Shown: positions 1 to 18,037 of the stretch, one piece after another
Layout: the number at the start of each line of letters is the position of its first letter
How positions within the stretch are numbered: position 1 is the first letter of the stretch
NCBI RefSeq assembly: GCF_009914755.1
Contig: NC_060947.1
Direction: 5' to 3' (one strand)
DNA: 64,000 bases
Source: the human T2T-CHM13v2.0 reference genome, Homo sapiens
Notes under the pieces: model-generated
What the model was told of the DNA's origin: nothing
Database searches by the model: none
What the model saw: only the letters and a program-made list of their open reading frames with translations
Program-made: the position numbers and the translations under genes

Positions 1-228
1 CCAAAGGGAGGATATTCTCCAGCAAATAGCCCAGGAACTCAGAACCTTGCCAACAAGCCCCTTCCACCCACAATCAAGGCAAAAGAATTCAATGACCACC
101 GTGGAGTCTTTCTTCCCTTATCCTAAGGAGGACATAGCAAAGGAATCTGCAAGTTGGCCAACGGACCCACCAAATTTCGCTTCTCATTCTGTCATCATTG
201 CCTTGAGCAACTCTCTTTATTTCAGCTA

Positions 229-1010
<782 letters not shown>

Positions 1011-1034
1011 GTATTTATTCAAAGAGAAGCAGGA

Positions 1035-1370
<336 letters not shown>

Positions 1371-1644
1371 GAAGCAGGGCCAGTGAGGACCTGTGGTCAG
1401 AGAAGTTTCCAGAGAAGAGAGGAGACCTGAGAGTGACTTTGAAGTATAAGCAGCACACAAGTCCTCAGATGTTTCAGAGAATATGAAAGCAGTGAAATTC
1501 CTGGCTCAAGAGGCTTCTAATCTCGTATCAAGCTGGCTGTTGGCTGATGCCAGTCAGAGAAATTAAAACTCCTCCAGTTACCAATCCACCCTCCTCCTTG
1601 CCAGCTGGATTCCCCAGACACGCCTGATTTCTGCCTTCTTCCCG

Positions 1645-2165
1645 CTATCATTTATTCAGCAAGCACTTACCGAGCTTCTGCTTTCTGCCAGAGCCCGAGC
1701 TTGGCACAGGGAGTATAAGCCTGAACCAAAATGATGGGCTCCTGGAAGCCCTGCAGCTTGCGGCCTGGAGGGAGGACAGGCCCACAGAAGTCACACGGAC
1801 GCGATCCAGGGAGAGAGAGGAACGGCGGGAAGGCGGCCTATGCACATTGTGTGGTTTGGGAAGTTGCCTCTCTAAGAGGAAGGAATATTAAAGCTGGAAC
1901 GTGAAGGATGAAAGGAAATCTGCCAAGCATAGCAAGAGGGGAAGGACATGCTCAAGAGATGGAAATCACACGCAAAGGCCCTGAGGCAGGGAGGAGCTGA
2001 GGCCACGGGAAGAACTCAAAGAAACTCAGGGTGGCTGAGATTTAGAGAACAAAGAGAAAGCATAGCATGAATTTGAAGAGCTAGGAAGGGCCGAGATGGT
2101 GTGAGGACTTCTCAGCCCTGGAGAGGGGGTTGGGTTTGTGCTAAGTGCACTGAGAAGTCATAAAT
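1645..2165. mobile_element. L2 fragments (degenerate)
   Basis: L2-like 3' end (catttattcagcaagcacttac) and purine-rich L2 body. Confidence 0.5.
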
Positions 2166-2167
2166 TT

Positions 2168-2458
2168 TGTTTGTTTGAGACAGGGTCTCGCTCTGTCACC
2201 CAGGTTGAAGTGCAGTGGCGCGATCATAGCTAACTGCAGCCTCAAACACCTGGGCTCAAGTGATCCTCCTGCCTCAGCTTCCCAAGTAGCTGAGACTACA
2301 GGTGCACGCCACCATGCCCAGCTAATTTTTAAATTTTTTGTAGAGATGGAGCCTCAGTATATTGCCCAGGCTGGTCTTGACCTCCTGGCTTCAAGCAATC
2401 CTCCTGCCTCAGCCTCCCAAAGTGCTGGGATTACAGGTGTTAGCCACCAGGCTGGGCC
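2168..2458 (-). mobile_element. Alu (AluJ-like)
   Basis: Reverse-complement Alu dimer. Confidence 0.92.
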
Positions 2459-2900
2459 TAAGACTTTTACCTTCAAAGAAAGTAAAATGCAGGTTCCAGG
2501 GATTTGGGTGTGAACATATCTTTTGAGGGGCCTCCATTTAACCCAGTACACTGACACATAGTGGGGTCATTATTGTGTGTTCCTGTCCTGGCTCCTGCCT
2601 AGACTGTGGGTTCATGGTGAACAGGGACCTTCAGTGATATGACGGGGTAATCAATGGGCCCAGGATAACCACTGTCTAATTGGGGTACAGGGGCCGGTTG
2701 GACTCTCTTTTCCATCCAGAAGCTCTGACCTTACAAAATTAATATGGAAATAGCCCCCACACATCCAGATTGCTCAGGACATTGGGGTCAGGTGAATATG
2801 TCAAGTAGGGGCCACCCAGATGTCGAACGCCTTGATAAGCACCTACCCTGTTACTACTGCTTTCTCCTGGGTATCCCTTAAATTAAAAACACTGTTCTCA

Positions 2901-3207
<307 letters not shown>

Positions 3208-3333
3208 TCAATGACTCTTTTCAAAGAATGATTCCACTCCATTTCAATTATGAGTTTTTGAATTCTGAAACAATTGCAAACTCACTGAAATGTTGCTAGT
3301 AGGGCACAAATAACTTATTTCTGAACCTTTTGA

Positions 3334-4260
<927 letters not shown>

Positions 4261-4740
4261 CTGTGGTAAAGCATATATCCCATAACGTTTACCATTTTAA
4301 AACTTTTAAGTGTACCATTCAGCGACATCAAGTACATTCATATTATCATGCAACCATCACCACCATCTACCTCCAGAACATTTTCATCTTCCTAAACTCA
4401 AAATTCGGACCCACAAAACTCTTCATTCTCCTGTCCCCCAGCCCCTGGCAACCATCGTTCTGCTTTCTGTCTCTACGGATTTGACTTCTCTGGGTACCTC
4501 TTAGAAGTGAAACCTTACAGTATTTGTTTTTTTTTTTGTGACTGGTTTCTTTCACTTAGCATAATATCTTCAAGGTTCATCCATGTTGCAGCCTGTGTCA
4601 GAATTTCCTTCCTTTCTAAGGTCGAATCATATTGCATTGTCTGGATGGACTACATTTGGTTCATACATCCATCTGTCCACAGGCACTTGGGCTGGCTCAC
4701 CTTTCATCTATTGTAAATAATGCTCTTAGGAACATGGATG
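4261..4740 (-). mobile_element. Old L1 (L1M) 3' fragment
   Basis: L1M 3'UTR motifs (ttcacttagcataat...ttcatccatgttgcagc). Confidence 0.75.
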
Positions 4741-5529
4741 TTATCAACCCTGATACTTTTGAAGAAGACAGGCCAGACATTTCCCTCATCCAGCGTTTGT
4801 CTGATGTTTCCTTGCGATTACATTCACATTATGCATCTTCCCAAGGACATCACTGAAGTGATGCTGTATTCTTCTCATCGCAGGTGACACACAATTCAGT
4901 TTGCCCCAGACCTGAAAAGTGTGGGGCACTTTGATCCCTGCTTCAGATGGAGCCTGCCAGGATTCTCCACAGCAAAGTTATTCCATTTCCCTTTGAAATC
5001 ATTATAAATTTCCTGCAGAGGTCGTTTGAAACTGTGTAAAGATCTCCTGCCTCATCATACCACTGTTTTGTAAAGCACCCCCAGTCAGCAGTGATGCGAT
5101 CCTTTGAGGGTTGCTCAGTACAGTGTGCTGGCTGATTCCTCAGAGCTCCAAAAGGTCTGGAAAGGTCTGGAAAGGATCCATGGCCTCCTTTTCTTTTCCT
5201 GAACTCGGCTCCGGATCAGAGCAGAGATGCCCTTGAAGGGAATGCTGTCATTCCGGAGCCACTGGCCCAAGGGCTTTTGAAGACAAAATCTGAGTAACTA
5301 GAGTTCCCTGAAAAACAGGAAGGGAAGTACAACCACACACCAAGTTTCTTTTAGGGCATTCATACAGACTTGGCCAGGATGGCACAACTCTGTTACATCC
5401 ACCCCCTTGTTTGGAGAAATGGATGGTGATAAGCAGAGTCCTCTAGGATGCTATCCACCATCCATGCCAACAGCTTCAGGGAGGAACATAGCATCTTCAT
5501 GAGCCTCTCCCTGCAGCCATATTTGCTTA

Positions 5530-6085
5530 TGAAGGAAATCAAAATATTTCACCCCAAAATATGACTCCTTGGTACAATGAGTATTTTGAATTAAAAACCC
5601 TTAGAGATCAACACCGGAAGAGACTTTTCCCCTATCTACATAAGGATAAGACTGACCCACCAAGGAGAACAATTATTCTTGTTCCCCTCCCTGTTACCTC
5701 GTTATCCATTACAGGAAAGAAGACCTAGACATAACTACACCTGAACAGATCCTTTTTCCAGATGATGACTGTCTCCAAGGATCACTTACATTCTAAAGAG
5801 AACTATTTACAAGTTAATTTCTGTTCCCTAGTAATCATGTACTGTCCCTCAATAGAATTCCTCTTCTCCCACTCCCATAACTGGTTTTAGCAGAACCCAA
5901 GCCCCATTCTTTCTATAACCTCAGGATAGCGCATAAGCTTCTGGAGTTCCCTGGAAAGTTGGACCATCATTCTGAAGGCACCGTGTATACACATTAAATA
6001 CATTTGTACGCCTTTTCTCCTATGAATCCATCTGCCTCATGTCTATGATTTTCAGCAAATCTTTCTAGGGCCAAGAGCTCCTGCA
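5530..6085 (+). mobile_element. ERV1-class solo LTR (MER34/MER39-like)
   Basis: Start TGAAGGAAATCAAAATATTTCACCCCAAAATA resembles MER34-group LTRs; ATTAAA near 3' end; subfamily uncertain. Confidence 0.6.
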
Positions 6086-6348
6086 AGACTCATCCACGGG
6101 GTATGGAGGTCTTACTCCGAAGCATAGTATTTGTCCTCATGCATTCAAAGACCTCATGTCAAAGATTCTAGGCTAGTATAATGCTTCACAAGAAGTGAAT
6201 GTGGTAGATATAGACAGGTAGACAAGTAGGTAGGTAGACAGATATTCCTCTACAAACACAAGATGATTCATTTTGTTGAGAATCATAAGAAAAAAATATT
6301 TTCCTACAAAATAATCAGTTGCTTACAGTATACATTCAAAAAATCTGT

Positions 6349-6660
6349 GGCTGGGTACCTGAGATTACAGACTCAGTATTGTAATCCCAACACTTTTCAA
6401 GCCCGAGGCAGGTGGATCACTTGAGCCCAGGAGCTCAAGACCAGCCTGGGCAGCATAGCAAGAACCCATCTTTACAAAAAAATAAAAACAAAAATAGACA
6501 AGTGTGGTAGCACATGCCTATAGTCCAGCTACTCGGAAGGCTGAGGTAGGAGAATCTCTTGAGCCCAGGAGGTCAAGGCTGCAGTGAGCCATGATCATGC
6601 CACTGTACTCCAGCCTAGGCAACAGAGCAAGAACGTGTCTAAAGAAAAAAAAAAAAAAAT
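6349..6660 (+). mobile_element. Alu (AluJ-like)
   Basis: Diverged dimer with poly-A tail. Confidence 0.9.
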
Positions 6661-6966
6661 CCTTGTGTGCTTATTCATTGCATCACCCCTTGGAACAGAA
6701 GACCCATTCAGTCAGAGATCTTGTCTGACAGTTAATAATTGTGTTTTCTGCACCTAGAAGAGTGTCTGAAATATCATTGATAATAAATATTTATTGAATG
6801 AAATAATTTACTTCTCAAAAACATTACATCAATCAATATTAATTAAGCATGTTTTGCAAGTTCAGTGGTGGTTTAAGCAGACTGAACTAATGGCTCAATC
6901 AAGGATTCCTTGATAAAGGGATAGCTCTCCAGTGACAAGGAGGCCATCAGGTTCATATTCAAGGTT

Positions 6967-7565
6967 GTGGTCAGCAGAATTCTAAGATGGTCCCCAACAT
7001 TCCTTATCCCTGGATTTCAAACACCTTCTCCAAGTTATTCAATCAAACACCCATCGAGGGGCTCCAGTGAAGGGGATTTTGCAGATGTAATTACGTCTCA
7101 GATTAACTGCCTTTAGGAAAGGGGTATCGACCTCAGTGGGTCTGAGCTAATCACCAGAGCCTTGAAAGGGGAGAGAGTTTTCCTGGAACGAGATTGGAAG
7201 CATGAGAGGGCTATTCTCCGCCATTGGCTTTGAAGATGAAGGGAGTCCTGTGGCCTCTGGGAGCTGAAAAACCCCAGCTGACAGCCAGCCAGGAAACAGG
7301 GCCTTCAGCCCTATAACTGCAAGGAACTGAATTCTACCCCAGCCACCTGAGCTTGGAAAAGAACCCGACCTCCAGATGAGAACACAGGCAGCCGCCACAG
7401 CGCTGGTCAACAGCTTGACTGTAGCCTGGTGAGACCCTGAGCAGAGAGCTTGGCCACACCGTACCTGGACTTCTGGCCCGTAGAACTGTGAGCTAATACG
7501 TGGGTGTTGTTTTAAGCCAATGCATTTGTGATAATTTGTGATGTGGCAATAGAAAAACTAATACA
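6967..7565 (+). mobile_element. MaLR LTR (MLT1E/F-like)
   Basis: TGTGGTCAGCAGAATTCTAAGATGG...AAAACTAATACA termini. Confidence 0.8.
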
Positions 7566-7979
7566 GAGTTCAAAACAACACAGTAATTCAATAAGTGGAC
7601 CACAGAGTTCACTCTCATATTAATGGAAAAAGGTTTTGGATCACATCTAACCAAGTGCCTTAGAAATGCATTCAGCCTCACACTTAGTGTGGTATTATTT
7701 TCTCAGTCTCCCACCAAGCAGAAGGAACATTTATCCCTCAGCTATCAGCCAGAAATTTTTGTTATGTTAATGACGGTAAGAGCAACGCCACCAGGAAAGT
7801 GAGAGATTTATGTAAGACAAAGACCAAAAAGAGGGAGAAAGCGGGCAGATAGAAATGACCAGGACAGAGTGGAGAAAGGAGACTAGGGTGCAGTGCTGGG
7901 CAAACTGGAGAGAGGCTAGGGGGTGGGAAAGAAGAGACTTTGGGGGCATTAACCATTTGTATGTGACAATAAGAAAGAG

Positions 7980-8311
<332 letters not shown>

Positions 8312-8769
8312 TCAGTGCCGTACAGATTCAAGTCACCTGAAGTGATTTTTTGGATGCCAGACTGATGTGTTCTTTTAAAGTGATCTCACAGGGAAAAGGC
8401 ACTGCCTGTGGTCACGAAAGGTGCACCTTTACACAGGCCCGACCAGCATTCCCAGACTCCACTGGGGGAAGCTGAAAACTGGTTCAGTTTTCCCATCCTT
8501 CTCTTTTTTTCTTGGTTCTTCCTTGCTCCCTCCTTGAGGACTCAGATCTGGGAAAATTTCCTGAAGATCCATATACACAAGACGACATTAAAAATGCCTG
8601 ACTCCTTCTAGCTTCTAGTGCTGTATGGGGGCTCACACCTTCCCTGGGAGCATAGAGGAGAATGGAGAACTGGGGACTCTAAGAGAGGCAGATATATTCA
8701 CACTTTTGTGTAAAGCTTTGTGGCTGAAATGACTACTTGCCCCAGTTCTTCCAGCCTCTTTCTTTCATA

Positions 8770-8987
8770 GCAGTAATGGTGAATAGGGGGTGATTATACC
8801 CCCCAGGGAACATTCAGCAATGTCTGGAGATGTTTTTAGCTGTCATCCCTGGAGGAGGAGGGTTGCTATCAGCATCTGGTGACTTGACGCCTAGTATGCT
8901 GCGAAACCCACAATGCCTAGGACAGCCCCATAGCAAAGAATGATGGAACCCCAAATGTCAATAGTGTTGCGGTGGAGAAATCCTGCT
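8770..8987 (+). mobile_element. MER20 (hAT-Charlie) DNA transposon relic
   Basis: ccccaggga-acatt..gcaatgtctggaga..ccaaatgtcaatagtg..gagaaatcctg motifs. Confidence 0.75.
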
Positions 8988-10374
8988 GTGCCGCCCTCTG
9001 TGGGCAAGGACCGCAGACCAAAGGCTCCGAAAGAAACTGAGGGAAGCCAAATGCATCAGCTCCCATGGGCGGGTTCTTATGTTTTGTACATTTGATGCTT
9101 TTTCTGGGAAAAGAAAAAAAATAATTATTTCTCAGGGTAGAAAAGATTACGGAAATGAAAACCACATAATGACAGAGTTATCTTGTTTAGCTGGCCAACA
9201 AGAAGCCGTACAGCAACAGAAAGCTGCCAGCTGGTCTGGGAAGCCTTAGTAAGGCTGCCAGGTGGTGAGATGAGTCTCAATGACTCTGCCCGGGGGTCTG
9301 CACATCTCACTGGCCTGGTTGGGCTTGCAGGAGGCCCGGATGGCTACGCCCTTCTGAGAGGTGGGGTGTGTGGGCTTAGGCCCCAGAATTGGGCACCAAA
9401 GAGAACGCCGTGAGCTCTCCTTCTAGGAGGTTCTACGAGAAGGAGGGATGTCATCAGTGGGGACATGAGGGAGAAGGGCTGCCAGAAGACAGAGGACGCA
9501 TAGGCCCACCATGAATGAGGTTCCAGCCAAAACCTGTCTACCTAAGTGGCTTCAAAGCCCCTGAGATGCTGGGGAGAGGAACCGAGGGATTTATTTTCGG
9601 GGGTGCTCTTGAGCCGATGGGTGAGCCTCTCACTGTCTCAGCACCCACAGCAGGGGCGAGTTTCAGAACAAGGGAAAGCTGAGGGTTCTCTCCCTCCCTA
9701 AGCCAGGAAATCATGCCCTGTGGAGTCTCAAGAGGGGATGTGGGCTCCTAAGACACACACAGAGACACCCCAAGAGATGCAGGAGATGCATAGCCACACG
9801 GAGTCAGAGAGATTCAGTGGGAGAGGATGGCCGGGGTCTCTTTCCAGGTGAGAAACAGGAAATGAAAGCAACTACCATAATCAGAGAAAACAACCTTCAT
9901 GGCACAAAAAAGAAATTCCCTCTATGAGTATTGAACTGTTCTGCACTTTCCTTGTTCTCTGCTTTCTTTATGAGTGCATACATCTGAAATTTCCATATGA
10001 CAGGACTGATATGAGCATATAAAGAGGCAGATAAAGAGTCATTAATTTCATCTTGTCTATTCCTTCTGTTGTGACAGAAGCAACCAACCTTTCGACAGAT
10101 CCCCAGAAACTGAAGGCTCCCAAGGCACTCATTCCTTCCGCGTTTGCATGCCCCAGTGCTTGTAGCCACAGTTCCTTTCTTGGCAGGCGTTTGCGTAGCT
10201 TACTAATGCTCTGAATGCAACAGCACTTCTTAAAGGCCAAAATAAGTCTCTTCTATTTCTTAATGTTTGTTCAATACCCATAATTTTATACTAATCCTAC
10301 AATAGGAGCAAATTTATTTCCAGAAATGTATTACAACCATTCACAGATGATTTTGAGCTCTCATATGCCCTTCT

Positions 10375-10680
10375 ATTTTTTATTTTATTTTTTATTTTAA
10401 GATGGAGTCTCTCTCTGTCGCCCAGGCTGGAGTATAGTGGTGCAATCTCAGTTCACTGCAACCTCCGCCTCCCAGGTTCAAGCAATTCCCATGCCTCAGC
10501 CTCCCGAGGAGCTGGGATTACAGGCACGTGCCACCATGCCCGGCAAATTTTTTGTATTTTAGTGGAGACAGGGTTTCCCCATGTTGCCTAAGTTGGTCTC
10601 GAACTCCTGAGCTCAGGCGATCCACCCACCTCAGATTCCCAAAGTGCTAGGATTACAGGCGTGAGCCACTGCACCCAGCC
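10375..10680 (-). mobile_element. Alu (AluS-type)
   Basis: Reverse-complement dimer with T-rich tail. Confidence 0.93.
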
Positions 10681-10840
10681 TCTTTTTAATAAAATTCAAT
10701 GAAACGTAATATTTCCTGTGTTCCTGCTGTGCCAAGCTTGGTGCTGGGTTATGGAAGTTGGGGTCAGGCATAAAGATGAACCAAACAAACACGTGCCCTG
10801 GAAGAACTTTTTAAATTTGTTTTTCTCTCTGCTTCATTCA

Positions 10841-11728
<888 letters not shown>

Positions 11729-13517
11729 CTACACTGAGTGCCTACTATGATCTGAAACGGTAGTCAACCCCATGCAGAAGACAAAAACAGTTGAGAAAAT
11801 AGGAGAGGAAACACACGACAAAACCATCAGCACCCAGAATTCATCCTATCGGCTCTATCTGCTTGTTAGGGAAGGGCCCTATATTTGGCCTCAAGCTTCC
11901 CAACAGCCTATGTAAAAAGGGAATCATGATCACCTATGTGTCCACAATATTAAAAAAAAAAAAAAAAAACAGAGCAAGCACTTGAGAACAAATTCTGCTC
12001 TTCGTCCTGACAGAATGTTCTCTCCTTTTTCTCTAACATGGACGTCTCCATGGTGTGGAGCTAACTGTGTAGCCAGAACACAAACAAGAAACAAAGTTCA
12101 GTACCTGTGAATACAAACCCGCGGGTGCAAGGGTAATGTGCGCACAAACAGATAGGAAAGCAGTGGAAAGAGGCCTCGGGAGACCTTGCGGAAAAGGCCC
12201 TGAGCGTTGGGTGAGATTTCCAAGGAGAGAAAAAAGAACGACGCTCCAAGCAGAGGGCACAGCCTGGAAAAGACATGCAGTTAGAAGGAAACAAAACATC
12301 TTTTGATACAGGCACGTTGCTGGGGTGGCTGGAGTGTAGGTCGCATGGGAGCAAGTAAAGGAAGATAGGTTGGAAAAGGCAGATTGGAAAATTTCCTGAA
12401 GGCAGGCTGAGGAGGTGAGGCGTTATTTCATGAGCTATGTTCTGGATCAAGCAGGGAGGCATGGGAGGTTTATGATGGAAGCAGGGAACCCTGGGGTTGA
12501 GGTTATGGGGAGAGGAGGAGGTGGAAGACCAGACCTATGGCTGGGGAGTAGTAGTCTACAGATGCCAAGACGAAGGGGGTGGCAGGCGGAGGAAACGAGG
12601 AGTATGCATGAAGAGCTCTGGAGAGGGGGCACTGACAAGCTTTGGAAAAATGACTCAATCCCTGGCATGGGGCCTCAGCTTCGAACATAGGTGCTGGAGA
12701 AGTTTGCGGGATGAGGAATTACGTGTTGAAGATAGGGGAGAGGTATGACAGAAAAAAAAAAGGCTTTGTACTTTAGAACCTGAGCGGCCAGGAGGAGCCC
12801 AGTGCATTAACCAGAATAGGGAAGACAGATGCAGAATCCGTCAGACGCATTGAGTCCGAAATGTTTTTACCACATGCTGTTGGGGTCCAGATTGGTGGCT
12901 GCCTGAAGGGCGTTGACTGCGAAGGGACAGAAGAGGTGATGGAAATGTCTCACATCTTGACTTGGATGGTGGGCAGACAAATATGTAATATGTACCTTTG
13001 TCCAAACGCACCCAAGGGCACACCTAAGAGCTATGCATTTTATTGCACATAAATTATATACTTCCTTAAGTTGGGATTTTTTTTAAAGGAAGATTCTAGC
13101 AGACAAAAGTAAAGAGATGTTGGCCTGCCCTAAAGGAGTTCACACAAGCAAATAAATACAAAGGAACCCAACAAGAAGTGGGAATATAAGGTGCAGAATA
13201 AACAAGGCGGGGCTGAGTCCTGGTTGGGGTTTGGAGAAAGCTTCTCACAGGCAGTGATACTTGAAATGGACCTTGAAGAATAAATATATTGGAAACAAAA
13301 CTGCCAAAAAAAGCAGGAACTCTAATTTTCAGATGACTCATTGCATTAAAAGTTCAAACACATCCATTGCAATGCATTTTAATGTATTATACAAATATAC
13401 ACAAGTATATTTCTATGAAAGAGACAGCATCCGGCTGTATGGAAGAATTTGGGCTTTGGAACGGGACAATTCTTGGAGATTTTAAAAAATTTTAACAGTA
13501 ACTTCTTTTGTTGTTAA

Positions 13518-13803
<286 letters not shown>

Positions 13804-14618
13804 GTTCTTGGGGATTGTTATTGGTTATGTTGCAATGGGCAAGTTCTGTGATCTTTCTTGTGAGTACATACAGTAATATCTGTATTATCTGGTAATATCC
13901 ATATTATCTGGTATTTGTGAGAATTAGGTGAGTCAATGAACGTGAAGTTGTTAGTTCATGATAAGTGTCCCTAAGTGTAAACTCATGATTTTATTACACA
14001 ACAAGAGTGTATGTTTAGTATTAAAATGACTGCTAAAATAACACACTAAATGATACCCACACAGAGATATGCTTTTTTCAAATATTTCAGGTGTGAATGT
14101 TTTAAGGTTGGTTTTCTCAGCTGTGAACCCCTGGGAAACTCCTGAATTTCATTTAGGACCCTCCATAGTGTCTTACATTAAATCTAAATGTATTAAACAT
14201 TTATCATGGCAATGTGTATCTAAAACAGAAAACATTCTAACCATGTGTGTGGAGTGCGTGTGTACATCACGTGTGCTGTGGGTTTTTTCCCCTCTTCTGT
14301 TAAAAGAACACACATAGAGATCGTATGTCCTCACTGATTCTGCGGGAGGAACATTGCATATTCGAGAGAAATCCTGTTCCCCTCTCTGGGTCTTGAGGGC
14401 AAGAAAAATCACAGACATGAGAATCTGTTGGTTTAAACCATTTCTTCCAAAAATGATTAAGCCCCTGATAAGTCTCACCAATAGCGTGGCCAAGACTGAT
14501 TTTTCCCCAACCTGATCTCTTGAATCAAGGAAGCCATCTTCCACTCTGTCCCTGGACCACTTAGCAACTCCAGCATCCAAATGATACTTCCAGGGGAACT
14601 TTCATCCTGCATCTATTA

Positions 14619-14930
<312 letters not shown>

Positions 14931-15392
14931 TCATTGTGGGCAGGTATTGGTTTACTCTATTAAAAATTATTTTGAAAGCTGATGGGTTGTTCTTATCTTT
15001 CTCTTGTTATGTGGGTGTGGGGGCAGAGAAGGTGGTATCTTCTTGTTTCTATATTGTCTATTAATGGTTGTAATGGCAAGAACCGTCTGGTAAGTGGAAA
15101 TTGCAAATGTGTCCAAGAGCTAGTGAGGGGAGAGATGTACCTCGGTAAAGCAAAGGTCAAATTCAAATGGAAGATGAAACCTGAAAATCTTATTTGAGGC
15201 AACATAAATAAATGGAATCAGAACTATTTCTGAGTCTGGGAAGTACGCTCTGCAGAGAGGAAAAGTATATGTCAGACTTTAACTATTTATCCCTACATAC
15301 TGGGAGGCCGTCTGTAGAAGGAAGTATTATAGTAGGAAGTCATGATGTTTTCTACCAGAGACATCCTCAAAGTGTTGCTGCAATTCTCTAAC

Positions 15393-15813
15393 TGTATTAG
15401 TCCATTCGCACATTGCTGTAAAGAAATACCCGAGCCTGGGTAATTTATAAGAAAAGATGTTTCATTGGCTTCACAGTTCTACAGCTGTAGAAGACACATA
15501 GTGGCATCTGCTTCTAGGGAGGCCTCAGGGAACTTCCAATCATGGTGGAAGGCAAAGGAGGAGCAGGCACGTCACATGGCAGAAGCAGGAGCAAGAGAGA
15601 GAGAGATAGGGGAGGTGCTACACACTTTTAAATGACCAGATCGCACGAGAACTCACTCCTATTGCGAGGACAGTACCAAGAGGGATGGAGCTAAGCCATT
15701 CATGAGAAATCTGCCCCCATGATCCAATCACCTCCCACCAGGCCCCACCTCCAACATTGAGGATTACATTCCAATGTGAGATTTGGGCGGGGACACACAT
15801 CCAAACTATATCA
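15393..15813 (-). mobile_element. ERVL-MaLR solo LTR (MST family)
   Basis: TGTATTAGTCC...CCAAACTATATCA; TSD ctaac/ctaaa. Confidence 0.85.
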
Positions 15814-16120
15814 CTAAACTTGGGTTTGAAACTTTCAGCCTCTTAAGCTGGAGATAACCTTTCAATATTCCTTATCTATTTCAGATCTACCATGCACGGA
15901 CTACCCAGCACTCATCATTCACCTCCTCTTACCACCTCCTCGGTCTTCATCCTCACTCATGCAGCAGTGTAGTACAGGACTCCACTGGGTTAGAGGGCAG
16001 CCCATTGCAGTGCAAGCTCAAGCTCTACTATTTAGTACTGCATGCCATCTCCAGTACTAAAGAAAGGCTGTGTATTCATTATTAGTTGCTGCACGATAAA
16101 TCATTCTGAAATTTAGTGGC

Positions 16121-17190
16121 TTTTCTTGAACTATTATTTTAGGTTTAGGGGTACATGTGCAGGTTGGTTATATAGGTAAACTCATGTCACGGGAGTTTAT
16201 TGTACAGATTATTTCATCACCCAAGTACTAAGCCTAGTACCCGATAGTTATTTTTTCTGCTCCTCTCCCTCCTCCCACCCCCCACCCTCAGGTAGACCCC
16301 AGTGTCTGTTGGTCCCTTCTTTATGTTCATGAGTTCTCATCATTTAGCTCCCTCTTATAAGTGAGAACATGCAGTACTTGGTTTTATGTTCCTGCATTAG
16401 TCTGCTAAGGATAATGGCCTCCAGCTCCATCCACGTTCCTGCAAAAGACATGATCTCATTCCTTTTTTATGGCTGCATAGTATTCCATGGTGTACATGTA
16501 CGACATTTTCTTTATCCAACCTGTTACTGATGGACATTTAGATTGATTCCACGTCTTTGCTATTGTGAATAATGCTGCAGTGAACATTCACATGCATGTG
16601 TCCTTATGGTAGAATGATTCATATTCCTGAGTATATACCCAGTAATGGGATTGCTGGGTGGAATGGTAGTTCTGTTTTTAGTTCTTTGAGGAATCGCCAT
16701 ACTGCTTTCCACAATGGTTGAACTAATTTACATTCCCACCAACAGTGTATACGTGTTCCCTTTTCTCCACAACCTCGCCAGCATCTGTTATTTTTTGACT
16801 TTGTAGTAATAGCCATTTTGACTGGTATGAGATGGTATCTCCTTGTGGTTTCGATTTGCATTTCTCTAATGATCAGTGATACTGAACTTTTTTTTATATG
16901 CTTTTTGGTCACATGTATGTCTTCTTTTGAAAAGTGTCTATGTCCTTTGCACACTGTTTAATGGGGTTGTTTTTCTCTTGTAAATATGTTTAAGTTCCTT
17001 AATACATGCTGGATATTAGACCTTTGTCAGATGCATGGTTTGCAAATATTTTCTCCCATTCTGTAGGTTGTCTGTTTATTCTGTTGATAGTTTCTTTTGC
17101 TGTGCAGAAGCTCTTATAATTATATCCCATTTGTCAATGTTTACTTTTGTTGCCATGCTTTTGGCATCTTTGTCAATAAATTTTTGCCCG
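16121..17190 (-). mobile_element. 5'-truncated L1 (older L1PA/L1PB): 3'UTR plus ORF2 C-terminus
   Basis: Minus-strand ORF 16619-16954 reads like the L1 ORF2 C-terminus ([29 protein letters not shown]); inserted in an MLT1 with TSD aaatttagtggct/aaattaagtggct. Confidence 0.9.
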
Positions 17191-17197
17191 AATTTAC

Positions 17198-18037
17198 CAA
17201 ATTAAGTGGCTTAAAACAACCATAATCATGTATTCCATCTCACATTTCTTTGGGTCAGGAATCCAGGCAGAGCACAGAATGGATGACATTCTTGATTAAT
17301 GATATCTGGCACTTCAACTGGCAGACTAAATGGGGACTGGAAGCATCTGAAGACGATGTGCTGGAGGATCCAGGGCTGGTAAGCTGGTATTGGCTGTTGG
17401 AGGGAGGCCTCTGTTCCTGTGGGCCCCTCCGTAGGACTGCTTGGGCATCCTCACAACATGCTGTCTGGTTCTCCCAGATGAGTGATACAAGACACCAAAA
17501 AGGAACCTGAAATGCCTGTGATGGCCTCAGAAGTCACCCACCATCATGTCCTTAATATTCTATTGGTCACAAAGGTCAACCATATTCAACATGGGAGGAG
17601 ACTATGCAAGAGTGTTGTCTTAGTCTGCTCAGGCTGCCATAACAAAATACCATAAAACTGGATGGCTTATAGCTCACCGTGCTGGGGGCTGGGAAGTCCA
17701 AGATCAAGATGTCAGCCAATTCATTTCCTGGTGAGGGCTCTCCTCCTGGTTTGCAGAGGGCTACCTTCTTACAGAATTCTCACATGACACAGAGATAAAG
17801 GAGAGAGGGCTGCTCTCTTCTTCTTCTCATAAGAGCATTAATCCTGTCAGAGGGCTCTACCCTTATGAACTCATCTATCCTTTATTATTTCCCAAAGCCT
17901 CACCTTCAAATACCATCACATTATGGATTAGGGGTTCAACATATGAATGTAAGGGGCAATCAAGCTTTTAGTCCACAGCGGATGTGAATACAGGAGGTGA
18001 GGATCATTGGAGACTATCTTGAACACTTGCTACCACA
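17198..18037 (-). mobile_element. MLT1 LTR (first part at 16071-16120) with a second MaLR LTR nested at ~17616-17980
   Basis: MLT1 motifs; inner element starts TGTCTTAGTCTGCTCAGGCTGCCATAACAAAATACC. Confidence 0.7.

Noticed and set aside
5151-5176. Short direct repeat aaaggtctggaaaggtctggaaagg
   Set aside because: A 10-bp local slippage duplication with no further structure.
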